Of a stretch of DNA of 64,000 nt, positions 17,541 to 26,584 are shown in pieces. The notes under the pieces are model-generated. The model searched no databases and was not told the DNA's origin. It was given only the letters and a program-made list of their open reading frames with translations. The stretch is from positions 41,742 through 105,741 of the forward strand of contig JBMTCG010000001.1 of NCBI GenBank assembly GCA_049430665.1, read 5' to 3'. Every line of letters starts with the position of its first letter. The first letter of the stretch is position 1. This stretch comes from Flavobacteriales bacterium. Its GTDB lineage: Bacteria > Bacteroidota > Bacteroidia > Flavobacteriales_C > GCA-002722245. The translations under genes and the position numbers were made by a program.

Positions 17541-18477
17541 TCTTTTGCCTTTTTTTCTGTTCTTCTTTCAAACACTTTCTGCTCAAAATTATACTCCTTT
17601 TTTACAGGGTCAAGCTGCATTTTTATATTATAATCCCGCATTTGCGGGCTCAACAGGCTTTCATAGAGCGGCAATAGGAACAAGCTTTTCAGGTAGCAAA
17701 TTCAATCCCAATTTCCAAAGATATTACGGCTCATATGATCAATACATATCTAAAAGAAAACTTGGATTTGGGGCTATTTCAACCAATATCCCAAAATATC
17801 TAGGCGACGTTAAAAATAAAGTGAACTACAATTTTTTTGAGGTAATGCTCTCACCTAAAGTACGACTAAGCAAAAAGCTAATGCTTTCATTCGGCTTGTC
17901 GGGAAGCGTTGCAGGTCGATCATACAGAAAGAGTGCTATCGATCCCCTTGTGAACAATAGCATCTCAAAGCGACTAAATTTGAACTATTGCGGTGGCCTG
18001 GTATTGAATTCTAAAAGCTTCTATTTTGGCTACAGTTTAAGGCAATACACACCTATTATTGCTTCACAAGACACCTCCTTTAAGTGCGATATTCAAGAAA
18101 TTCCTGCTTTGGTTTCCACTTTTCAGGGAGGTATGATCTTCAAAAGCAATAAAGCTTTCAACTTTGCTCCTTCATTCATTTACCAGCGCTATCACCATGC
18201 AGCAATGCAAGGACAAAATGACCTAACATTAATTGCTAATTTTAAATATCGCACGTTCTTTTGGGCATTGGGATTTGGCAGCACTAACTTGCAACTAAGT
18301 GTAGGTTACTATGGTGAACGTTATCGATTTGGATATTCTAAAGGCCTTATGTACAACGTTAGCAATTCTTCTTACATTTTTGTTGGTCAAGAATTATTCT
18401 TCTCTTATACTTTTGAAGATTTCTCTTCAAAGCTTTTTGCACGTAAAAAAGACGACGCCATAAAAGAAGAAAAGTAA
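17509..18477 (+). CDS. PorP/SprF-family T9SS-associated outer membrane protein (candidate)
   Basis: Signal peptide, then QGQAAFLYYNPAFAGS, which resembles the conserved N-terminal motif of the PorP/SprF family (…NPAxAG). Size and beta-rich composition fit. Confidence 0.5.
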   Translation: MICEIIWKRISLLPFFLFFFQTLSAQNYTPFLQGQAAFLYYNPAFAGSTGFHRAAIGTSFSGSKFNPNFQRYYGSYDQYISKRKLGFGAISTNIPKYLGDVKNKVNYNFFEVMLSPKVRLSKKLMLSFGLSGSVAGRSYRKSAIDPLVNNSISKRLNLNYCGGLVLNSKSFYFGYSLRQYTPIIASQDTSFKCDIQEIPALVSTFQGGMIFKSNKAFNFAPSFIYQRYHHAAMQGQNDLTLIANFKYRTFFWALGFGSTNLQLSVGYYGERYRFGYSKGLMYNVSNSSYIFVGQELFFSYTFEDFSSKLFARKKDDAIKEEK

Positions 18478-18478
18478 A

Positions 18479-21283
18479 CTAAAGTTTCGAAATAAAATCG
18501 GTAATTGAGCCCTCTTCTTTAATACCTAATTTCTCTTTCAATCTGTATTTTCTTTTCTCCACTCCACTTATAGATATGCTTAATAAATCAGCTATTTCCT
18601 TATTCGATTTATTCATGCGTATGTAAGAGCACATCAACAAAGTAGATTCGTTCATTTTAGGGTCGAGTTGCTTTAATTTTTGAAAGAAATTATCGTTCGT
18701 TTTATCGAAATGCATTTGAAATTTCTCCCAGTTTTCAGCTTCTTTATCTTCCACACCAATAGAGCGAATTAAACTTTTTAGTTCACTGTTACTGGCCTCA
18801 TCTTTCATGTTTTTAGATATGTTGGTGAGCTGTGTTTTCAAAAAAGACAAAAACTGCTTTTTCTGCGTAAAAGTTAGAGCCAAAAAGGCCATCTCATCAT
18901 TCTTACGCTGCAATTCCACTTCTAAAATTTCTGTCTTATGCATTGCTTCTTGATTCTGAATTTCCTTTATTTTCTCTAACTCCATTTTTTCTCTTTGAAC
19001 TTTAAAGCGTTGCTGTACTTTCCTTCTAATGAGCACCACCACCAAAACAGTAAATAAAATGTAAAACAAATAGGCCCAAATGGTGCGGTACCAAGGAGGT
19101 AGAATAGTAAATGCCAACACTCCGGCATCAAACATTTTTCCATTCAACTCGGCTTGAACTTTAAAAGTGTACTCTCCTTCGGGAAGATTGGTGTATTCTT
19201 TAAAAGAATTGGTTGATTCATCTTTCCAAACAAAAGAATGGTTACTAGAGCTTAATTCGGTATGGTAAATAATTTTAGAATTTACACCATAAACAGGCAA
19301 AGCAAAACTAAAGGCCAAACTGTTTTGTTTATAGGTATAAGACAAAGTTTTATTTAAGCCCATCAACAAGGTAGAATCGTTATCAGTATTGAGTAATTTA
19401 ACTTGGCGAATCAAACATTTCGGACCCTTCACCCCCGCACTTTTACTTGGATCAAAAAGTGCAAATCCCAATTGTGTAGCAATTAAATATTCACTGTTGG
19501 AGATTTTACCAACGTATTCGGCACTTCCCACCAATTTATCTTTAACATTGGCCGAAGCAACTGCGCTTATCACATACTTTCCTTGCCTTAATTCTATAAA
19601 TGCTGGACGCTCATTCAAAATAATATACAGCTCGTTTACACTTCCTTCCACCATCCGCAAACGCTTAATGGTATTAGGAAAAAAACTAAACTCTTGATCT
19701 TTCACCAACTCATCTTTTTCGTTGATAATATAAATTCCCCCATCAGAAGAAACTTTTAACTCATGATTCACCTTTACGATATCGTTGAAATAACCAGCAT
19801 AAAAATGATACTTATCAGCGTAGTTTTCCACCTTGGTGGCTTTGGTATACTCACTATTGAGTTCTATTCTGTACAATGCGGCAACACCTTGCACCAACCA
19901 CAATACCCCTCTATCATCAATTTCAAACATACGACACGACTCCCCAAAACCTGCAATGGCATTTCTAAATACCCAATGTCCTTTTCTAAAAGCGTACACA
20001 CTTAAATCGGCGTAAGTTCCACAAATCAATAGTGAATCTATTCCGGGTATTTTTTTGAAAGTCCAACCACCATAATACTTCGCTTTCGATATTTTCTTTG
20101 CCTTTATGCCATTCACCTCATACACATCACTTTCATCAGAACAAATGAGTTTACCATTCATCACCTTCATATCGTTGATGATTAAACCAATACCATTCAC
20201 TTTTTGAAAAACGCGATTCTTATTCTTGTTCCACCCAGCAGCATAATACATACCTTGCGATGTACCCAAATACAAAGTATCGTTCAGTAAAACCGATGAG
20301 TAGCCCATGCCCTCCACGCCTTGAATTTCATTGATATAACTGAAAGGAGAATTCCATTTAATTAAGGCGATTCCATTGTTCAAAGAAGCCCATAAAGAGC
20401 CCTTGCTGTCTTTATAAATCTCGTTTACGAAGTTGTTTTTGAGTCCGATTTTCTTATCTAAAACCTCCAACACATTCCCTTCAAAATCGAAAATTAAAAT
20501 ACCATTTAATTCAGTAGAAACAGCCACCGTGTTGTTGTTTAACAATTCGGCATCTGTTGCAATCATGTTCATCTTTCTCTTCAAGAGCTGGCCATCTTCA
20601 ATGGTAGAAAAACCATCTTTTTGAATGATTAAATAACTATTGTCGGACTTCTTCACCACACCCACCACAGCAGAAGTATCGGCCAATTGCCTTTTCATAA
20701 AAAGAGGCTGATATTTACCTTCCATGATTTTTCCCAATCCTCTGTGGTCGTTGTACACAAAAAGTTCATCATCAACCACGCCCACAAAACCAAACTCGCT
20801 TAACTCACCACGGGGTGTTTCTTCGGGCAAAATAATTTCCACTGTTTTTCCATCATAGACATAAATACAGTTGGAAGAAGAGAAATATACCTTTTGGTGG
20901 TAATAAGCGATGTGAAAAATAATGTTGGGATGATTGTAAGGCTTAGGTGCCAAATCCTTTAAAGAAACGAAAGTGGTTTTTCCCTTAGCATCCTTGTCTA
21001 AGAAACCAAAATCTTCAAAAGCACCTAAATATATTTTTCCTTTTTCATCGCGGGTGAAACAAGTCGGACTATGATCAAACACCGCGATAGAACGCCAGCT
21101 ATTGCCATCAAATTCTAAAACCGAATAAGCATTGGCAAAATGCATCATACCCGATGTATCTTCTATTGCGGCATAATTAATAGAGTGACCTTGGTAATCA
21201 TCGGTTGTATAATGATGAATTTCGGGCAAGGTAGCTTTTACAAAAAATGGAAGCAGTAATAAAAGCAGAGTTATTTTTTTCAT
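18479..21283 (-). CDS. transmembrane one-component regulator: periplasmic two-component-regulator propeller repeats + Y_Y_Y domain, TM helix, C-terminal LuxR-type HTH
   Basis: 934 aa. The long N-terminal beta-propeller-like region has a YYY-like segment, followed by a TM helix (WAYLFYILFTVLVVVLI). The C-terminus LLMCSYIRMNKSNKEIADLLSISISGVEKRKYRLKEKLG is a LuxR/GerE HTH. No kinase or receiver domain is present. Confidence 0.65.
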   Translation of the reverse strand: MKKITLLLLLLPFFVKATLPEIHHYTTDDYQGHSINYAAIEDTSGMMHFANAYSVLEFDGNSWRSIAVFDHSPTCFTRDEKGKIYLGAFEDFGFLDKDAKGKTTFVSLKDLAPKPYNHPNIIFHIAYYHQKVYFSSSNCIYVYDGKTVEIILPEETPRGELSEFGFVGVVDDELFVYNDHRGLGKIMEGKYQPLFMKRQLADTSAVVGVVKKSDNSYLIIQKDGFSTIEDGQLLKRKMNMIATDAELLNNNTVAVSTELNGILIFDFEGNVLEVLDKKIGLKNNFVNEIYKDSKGSLWASLNNGIALIKWNSPFSYINEIQGVEGMGYSSVLLNDTLYLGTSQGMYYAAGWNKNKNRVFQKVNGIGLIINDMKVMNGKLICSDESDVYEVNGIKAKKISKAKYYGGWTFKKIPGIDSLLICGTYADLSVYAFRKGHWVFRNAIAGFGESCRMFEIDDRGVLWLVQGVAALYRIELNSEYTKATKVENYADKYHFYAGYFNDIVKVNHELKVSSDGGIYIINEKDELVKDQEFSFFPNTIKRLRMVEGSVNELYIILNERPAFIELRQGKYVISAVASANVKDKLVGSAEYVGKISNSEYLIATQLGFALFDPSKSAGVKGPKCLIRQVKLLNTDNDSTLLMGLNKTLSYTYKQNSLAFSFALPVYGVNSKIIYHTELSSSNHSFVWKDESTNSFKEYTNLPEGEYTFKVQAELNGKMFDAGVLAFTILPPWYRTIWAYLFYILFTVLVVVLIRRKVQQRFKVQREKMELEKIKEIQNQEAMHKTEILEVELQRKNDEMAFLALTFTQKKQFLSFLKTQLTNISKNMKDEASNSELKSLIRSIGVEDKEAENWEKFQMHFDKTNDNFFQKLKQLDPKMNESTLLMCSYIRMNKSNKEIADLLSISISGVEKRKYRLKEKLGIKEEGSITDFISKL

Positions 21284-21503
21284 AGCGAAAGCTTATAGCC
21301 CTAAAGTAGCAAGTAAATTTAATGAAGTCAAATTGTGTCCAATATTTAGTTAATTGATTTTCAATTATTTAAACAATACTGTCCCGTATTTGTCCGGCTA
21401 CAAAATAAAATCCGTCCAGCGCTTGTCACCCCTATTTACTACCCTACAGTTAACTATATACTTAAATTTGTTACAAGAAAAGTAGATTGAATCCCCCAAT
21501 GAG

Positions 21504-21538
21504 CGGACGGTCTCTTCCCAAGAGCCGTCCGTTTTTTT
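21504..21538 (+). terminator. strong intrinsic terminator (12-bp GC-rich stem, CCC loop, T7)
   Basis: CGGACGGTCTCTT-CCC-AAGAGCCGTCCG followed by TTTTTTT. It sits in a divergent intergenic region, with no annotated plus-strand gene upstream. Confidence 0.6.
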
Positions 21539-21594
21539 AAATTCAATTTCAAACAATGTGTTTTCTCGATTGGTTTCAATATAATAGGTTAAAA

Positions 21595-21624
21595 GAGGCC
21601 GATGCTCATCGGCCTCTTTTTTTT
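21595..21624 (+). terminator. second intrinsic terminator (GAGGCCGATG..CATCGGCCTC, T8)
   Basis: Perfect 10-nt inverted repeat followed by eight T, 55 nt upstream of the AraC-family gene start. Confidence 0.6.
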
Positions 21625-21677
21625 AAATTATATCTATAGAAAATTATATCTTTACTTCTATTGCTCCCCACTTATCA

Positions 21678-22778
21678 ATGGCACTGAATTACAAAAAAAC
21701 TGCATTATCTATTTTCGTTGTTGGCACTTTGCTTACAACTATTGCTTTCTTTTTTAGGGAACAAAAATTAAATCTGTTTCCAAACAACTCATATTTCAAA
21801 GTAGCTTCATATACCGATAGCTCAGAAGGGGGAAATTCGATTTTAGAATTAAAAGTTGATCCGGGAAAGTTCGCTTCAATGAATTACACTTTGGGCAACA
21901 AACTAGAATATCCTTTTTTAGGGATGTATTTTCAGAATAAAGTAGACAGCAATTACCTTGATATTAGTGCTTATGAATCGATGGTGATTAACATAAAAGC
22001 CGATAAGGCCTCTATGATTCCTATAGACATTAGTGTGTTTTGTGATGGTATTTCTCAATACGGAAAACCCAACTCGTATGTGAGTCATATTTACGATTTA
22101 AAAGACGAAAAAATAAATGGTGAATATCGAATTTCTCTTGATAAATTCACGGTTCCCGAATGGTGGTATACCGAAAATGCCATAGAAAATAGCGGAAAAT
22201 TGAAATGCAATTTCGAAAAAATGCAATCGATTAATATTGAACAAGGAGTAAATGCCAAAGCAGGGGTGAGCGATAATATTGCCGTGTATGACTTGTATTT
22301 AAAAAAGGAAAATATCTATTACCTCTACATCTTTTTATTATCGATGATTTTAGGCGTAACAGCACTAGTCATTGATTATGTAAAACGCAAAAAAACGGTG
22401 TTTGTACCTTACCAAACCACACCCGAAATTCACAATGGAAATGATGCCTTAGAAAACAAGGTTTTTGATTATATCGCCAACAATTATTCTAATCCCGATT
22501 TATCTCTTTCTAGTATCAATGCCGATACTGGCATTGCCGAAAATAAAATATCAAGCATCATAAAAACCAAGTGCAATCAGTCGTTCAAGCAGTACATCAA
22601 CAACATTAGAATGACCGAAGCCAAACGCTTGTTGAAAGAAAGTGATGCCACCATTTCTGAAATTGCATACTCGGTAGGTTACAACAATGTAACGCACTTT
22701 AACCGTGTGTTTAAAACCGAAACGGGTATTGCGCCAGGCGACTTCAGAAAAAATGCACAAAGTGCAGAAACAGCATAA
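21678..22778 (+). CDS. membrane-anchored AraC-family transcriptional regulator
   Basis: N-terminal TM helix and a second TM segment (YLYIFLLSMILGVTALVI). The C-terminal AraC HTH pair reads …SFKQYINNIRMTEAKRLL…ISEIAYSVGYNNVTHFNRVFKTETGIAPGDFRK. Confidence 0.75.
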   Translation: MALNYKKTALSIFVVGTLLTTIAFFFREQKLNLFPNNSYFKVASYTDSSEGGNSILELKVDPGKFASMNYTLGNKLEYPFLGMYFQNKVDSNYLDISAYESMVINIKADKASMIPIDISVFCDGISQYGKPNSYVSHIYDLKDEKINGEYRISLDKFTVPEWWYTENAIENSGKLKCNFEKMQSINIEQGVNAKAGVSDNIAVYDLYLKKENIYYLYIFLLSMILGVTALVIDYVKRKKTVFVPYQTTPEIHNGNDALENKVFDYIANNYSNPDLSLSSINADTGIAENKISSIIKTKCNQSFKQYINNIRMTEAKRLLKESDATISEIAYSVGYNNVTHFNRVFKTETGIAPGDFRKNAQSAETA

Positions 22779-22823
22779 AAAAGCCTCATCCGTCTTTCAA
22801 CGAATGAGGCCCAGGTAAGAGAA

Positions 22824-24290
22824 CTACTCTACATACCACTTTACCACCCTATTCTCCCCTTCCTTGTTCAATTTCAAAAGATATAAGCCTGTTGGCAAAA
22901 ATTGTTTGCTTTCAGCTAATGTGCCGAAATATTCGTGTAGTTTTTTGCCTTGAATATCGTAAACTGAAATATTGTAATTCTGAGTTAAGGAAAACGCTGT
23001 GCTTTCTTCCTTCACCGTGGTAGTCCAATCGGCAAAACCACCAAATGTAACAAGTATCTTAGAAGGAGAAGAACGTTGCAGAGTCGACGATTGATCGAAC
23101 ACATCATCATAAGCAAAAGCATAAGTTTTGTTGTTGTAGCTGATGCCATTTTCATGAAAAAACTTAGCGTAATAATTACATGGCGCACTTAGATAATACT
23201 GCGATGGATCGGAAAAATTCTGAGTACCAACATTGGGCGTAGTAGTATTAATCACATGGCGCGAAATGGCCGCACATATTTGGGCTTGCATCATTAAATC
23301 GACAGGAGCATCGCCATTGATTTGATTCAACACTCCTTTCCCTTCAAATACTTCTTGCGTTGTTGGTCGGCGACTTATAATAGCCGTTCTTCCGTTAAAT
23401 CCGCCAGATTGGGCCACCATCACCAATTGTACATTTTGCACTCTTCCTTTCCAAACACCAGCATCACCTGCGGAAAAAATCAAATCTTCGTTGGCATACT
23501 TCGTCCAAACGGCGTCGATATAAGGTTTCATGTAATCTACATATGGCCCTATATTCGGCATAGTACCAATGGTTCCATCTGCAAAGGCTTCGGTTTTGGT
23601 TGGGAAAAGAATTACACCAATATTGGGATTATAACAGCCTTGAAATTCAATAGGTACAGAAGCCAGGAAGTCGGCACCAATATCGGTATGCACTTTCAAT
23701 TCTCCTGTTTTTTGATGCGAATTACCACCACCCCACAACTCTAATCCCATTGGATAATTGTATGAGTCAACACGTGTGGTATTTCCCCAGAAACCGTATT
23801 GATTATAAGTCATTTCAATAATTTCGTAAGCGATGCCTTTGTTAGGATCGGTGGGGTCGGTATGGTTGGGAGAAGCATAACCCGACGGCGCACCAGTAGC
23901 TCCAAAGAAATACATATACAAGGGACTTCCAATAGAAATGAACATTCTGCAACCTTGAATACCTGCTAAACTTACTGTTTTATTAGGGATATCGCTTAGT
24001 TTGGTGAAGCAGGCAGCGTACATTCCGTTGTTGCCCGGACCTTTATTACCGCCATACACCGGACCAGCAACAGTGTTGTAGCTTGGACTCATGGGCATTT
24101 GTTGGCCATTGGTCATATCTACCCATACGTGTGCACCCGGCGGACCAGTTAAATCTTCACCCACAATGGCCACATACAATTGGTTATCGGCATAAGGTGA
24201 ATTGTTCTTAATTTCAAAAGGAATAGTTTGGGCAAACAAGGCGTTCGCCCAAACTATAGGGAGGAGAAAAGTAGCTCTTAAAAAATTCAT
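22824..24290 (-). CDS. secreted protein with T9SS C-terminal sorting domain (enzyme-like N-terminal domain of unknown family; possibly glycoside-hydrolase-like)
   Basis: Signal peptide. The C-terminal roughly 90 aa (…ISVYDIQGKKLHEY…GLYLLKLNKEGENRVVKWYVE) fit the type A T9SS sorting domain. I cannot assign the catalytic domain. Confidence 0.55.
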   Translation of the reverse strand: MNFLRATFLLPIVWANALFAQTIPFEIKNNSPYADNQLYVAIVGEDLTGPPGAHVWVDMTNGQQMPMSPSYNTVAGPVYGGNKGPGNNGMYAACFTKLSDIPNKTVSLAGIQGCRMFISIGSPLYMYFFGATGAPSGYASPNHTDPTDPNKGIAYEIIEMTYNQYGFWGNTTRVDSYNYPMGLELWGGGNSHQKTGELKVHTDIGADFLASVPIEFQGCYNPNIGVILFPTKTEAFADGTIGTMPNIGPYVDYMKPYIDAVWTKYANEDLIFSAGDAGVWKGRVQNVQLVMVAQSGGFNGRTAIISRRPTTQEVFEGKGVLNQINGDAPVDLMMQAQICAAISRHVINTTTPNVGTQNFSDPSQYYLSAPCNYYAKFFHENGISYNNKTYAFAYDDVFDQSSTLQRSSPSKILVTFGGFADWTTTVKEESTAFSLTQNYNISVYDIQGKKLHEYFGTLAESKQFLPTGLYLLKLNKEGENRVVKWYVE

Positions 24291-24542
24291 AGTAGTAGAT
24301 TTTGGTGGATTTCCTCCAAACTAAGTGTGCAATGAAAAAAAAGAGAATTTTCTAAGGAAAAAATGAAAAAAAACGACAGTAAAATCATCTCCTTTACACA
24401 CTATTCACAACAATAAATTCAAATTATTTTATTGATTAACAAGCATTTAATTAATCCATCAGAGAATATTTTGAAGAAAAATACCAAAGCGCTTTTTTCA
24501 CAATAATTCATATCCTCCTTTTAGATTTCTTACTTTAGCTTC

Positions 24543-25271
24543 ATGAAAATTTTAGCAGTTATTCCATCGCGATACGCCTCTACCCGTTTTCCAGGAAAAC
24601 CCTTAGTAGATATTAAGGGAAAAACCATGATACAACGTGTTTATGAGCAAGCAAAACTTTGTAAAAGCTTTGCCGAAGTGATAGTGGCTACCGACGACCA
24701 AAGGATACTTAAACACGTGAAAACTTTTGGCGGAAAAGTGATGATGACGAACGAAAATCATCCATCGGGAACCGACCGCTGTGCAGAGGTTTTATCGAAA
24801 TTAGAAGAACAATACGATGCTGTGGTAAATGTTCAAGGCGATGAGCCTTTCATACAACCAGAACAATTGGAACAACTCATTGAATGCTTTAAAAACCCCA
24901 AAACACAAATCGCTACTCTCGTTAAAAAAATTGATACTACCGATGATTTATTGAACATCAATTTACCTAAAGTGATTTTCAATAAGGACATGAAAGCGTT
25001 GTACTTTTCGCGCTTGCCAATACCCGGACAAAAATCGGTGGACACCGAACAATGGGTGAAAAATCATCCCTATTACCGTCATATTGGTTTGTATGGTTAT
25101 AGAGCTTCTGTGCTCAAAGAAATCACCCAACTACCTCCTTCTCCCCTTGAAAACATTGAATCATTAGAGCAATTGCGTTGGTTGGAAGCAGGTTACACCA
25201 TCACTGTTGCCGTCACCGAATTTGAGTCGATAGGTATTGATACTCCTGGGGATTTGGATAAAATCATCTGA
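24543..25271 (+). CDS. kdsB: 3-deoxy-manno-octulosonate cytidylyltransferase (CMP-KDO synthetase)
   Basis: N-terminus MKILAVIPSRYASTRFPGKPL is the KdsB signature. Size is about 242 aa. Confidence 0.85.
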   Translation: MKILAVIPSRYASTRFPGKPLVDIKGKTMIQRVYEQAKLCKSFAEVIVATDDQRILKHVKTFGGKVMMTNENHPSGTDRCAEVLSKLEEQYDAVVNVQGDEPFIQPEQLEQLIECFKNPKTQIATLVKKIDTTDDLLNINLPKVIFNKDMKALYFSRLPIPGQKSVDTEQWVKNHPYYRHIGLYGYRASVLKEITQLPPSPLENIESLEQLRWLEAGYTITVAVTEFESIGIDTPGDLDKII

Positions 25272-25331
25272 CTTTAATCAGTTTTCCTATTGACAATAGT
25301 ATGACAGACGATAGCGCTGCGTTGTTGATAT

Positions 25332-26582
25332 TTGCTACGAATAATTAGCTTTGGCGCGCAAGTGAGGGAATTAAAAATTATAGCTTTTACACACAAAACA
25401 ACCGATATCAATAGTATTGGTTTGTTGCATTTAGATGATTCTCAAAGAGAAACCCGTCTAAAGCAGTTGGTAAATCTTAGCGGCGTTGACGAACTAATGT
25501 ACCTTTCCACTTGTAACCGAGTGGAATTTGTTTTTGTAAGCGGCGAAGAAACAAACAAAACTTTCCTTCATAAATTTTTCACTTCTTTCAATCCTACTGC
25601 CGATGCGCAATGGATGGAAAACAATTGTGCAGTATATGAAGGTGAAAATGCCGTAAAACACCTATTCCACCTAGCATCTTCCTTAGATTCTTTGGTAATT
25701 GGCGAAAGAGAAATTATCACTCAAGTGCGCAATGCCTACGAAGAATGTGCGCAATTGAATTTAACGGGAGACACTATTCGTTTGGCGATTAAACACACGA
25801 TTCAAGCAGCGAAAGAAGTGTACACCAAAACCGATATCGCTAAAAATCCGGTTTCTGTTGTTTCTTTGGCCTACAGAACTTTACGCGAATTCAATCTTAA
25901 AAATAACGCACGCTTCATCATCATTGGCGCAGGCGAAACCAATACCAACATGGCTAAATTCTTAAGCAAACACGGCTTCGAGAATTTTTCTGTGTACAAC
26001 CGTACTTTTTCTAAAGCCGAGAAATTGGCCGAACAACTAAAAGGCAAAGCTTTTCCTTTGGAGGATTTGCACAAAAGAACCGAAGGTTTTGATGTGCTGC
26101 TTACTTGCACTGGCTCTGAAGAACCTATTGTAAAAAGTGCTTTGTACGAGAAATTATTGGCAGGCGAAAACAACAAGAAAATTGTAATCGATTTAGCGCT
26201 TCCTGCAGACATCAACGCTCAAGTTTTAGCTCAATTTCCAATTCATTATATCGGTATTGAAAGCTTAAAAGAAAAGGCCGAAGAGAATATGCGCAAACGA
26301 GAAAAAGAATTGTCACTTTGCCACGATATCATCAATAGCAATTGTATAGAATTTCAAGATATTTTTGCCGAACGTCAAGTCGTTAAAGCCATGCAAGAAG
26401 TACCTCAAAAAGTAAAAGAAATCCGCCAGCACGCCGTAGAAAATGTTTTCGCTAAAGACATTGAATCTTTGGATGAACACTCAAAAGAAGTTCTAGACAA
26501 AGTGTTGGCTTACATGGAGAAGAAATACATCAGCGGACCAATGATCATGGCCAAAGAAATCATGTTGAATAAAACGAATTAA
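25332..26582 (+). CDS. hemA: glutamyl-tRNA reductase
   Basis: Motif LSTCNRVEFVF, an NAD(P)-binding GAGETN-like segment and the size. It lies immediately upstream of hemC/D. Confidence 0.8.
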   Translation: MLRIISFGAQVRELKIIAFTHKTTDINSIGLLHLDDSQRETRLKQLVNLSGVDELMYLSTCNRVEFVFVSGEETNKTFLHKFFTSFNPTADAQWMENNCAVYEGENAVKHLFHLASSLDSLVIGEREIITQVRNAYEECAQLNLTGDTIRLAIKHTIQAAKEVYTKTDIAKNPVSVVSLAYRTLREFNLKNNARFIIIGAGETNTNMAKFLSKHGFENFSVYNRTFSKAEKLAEQLKGKAFPLEDLHKRTEGFDVLLTCTGSEEPIVKSALYEKLLAGENNKKIVIDLALPADINAQVLAQFPIHYIGIESLKEKAEENMRKREKELSLCHDIINSNCIEFQDIFAERQVVKAMQEVPQKVKEIRQHAVENVFAKDIESLDEHSKEVLDKVLAYMEKKYISGPMIMAKEIMLNKTN

Positions 26583-26584
26583 AG

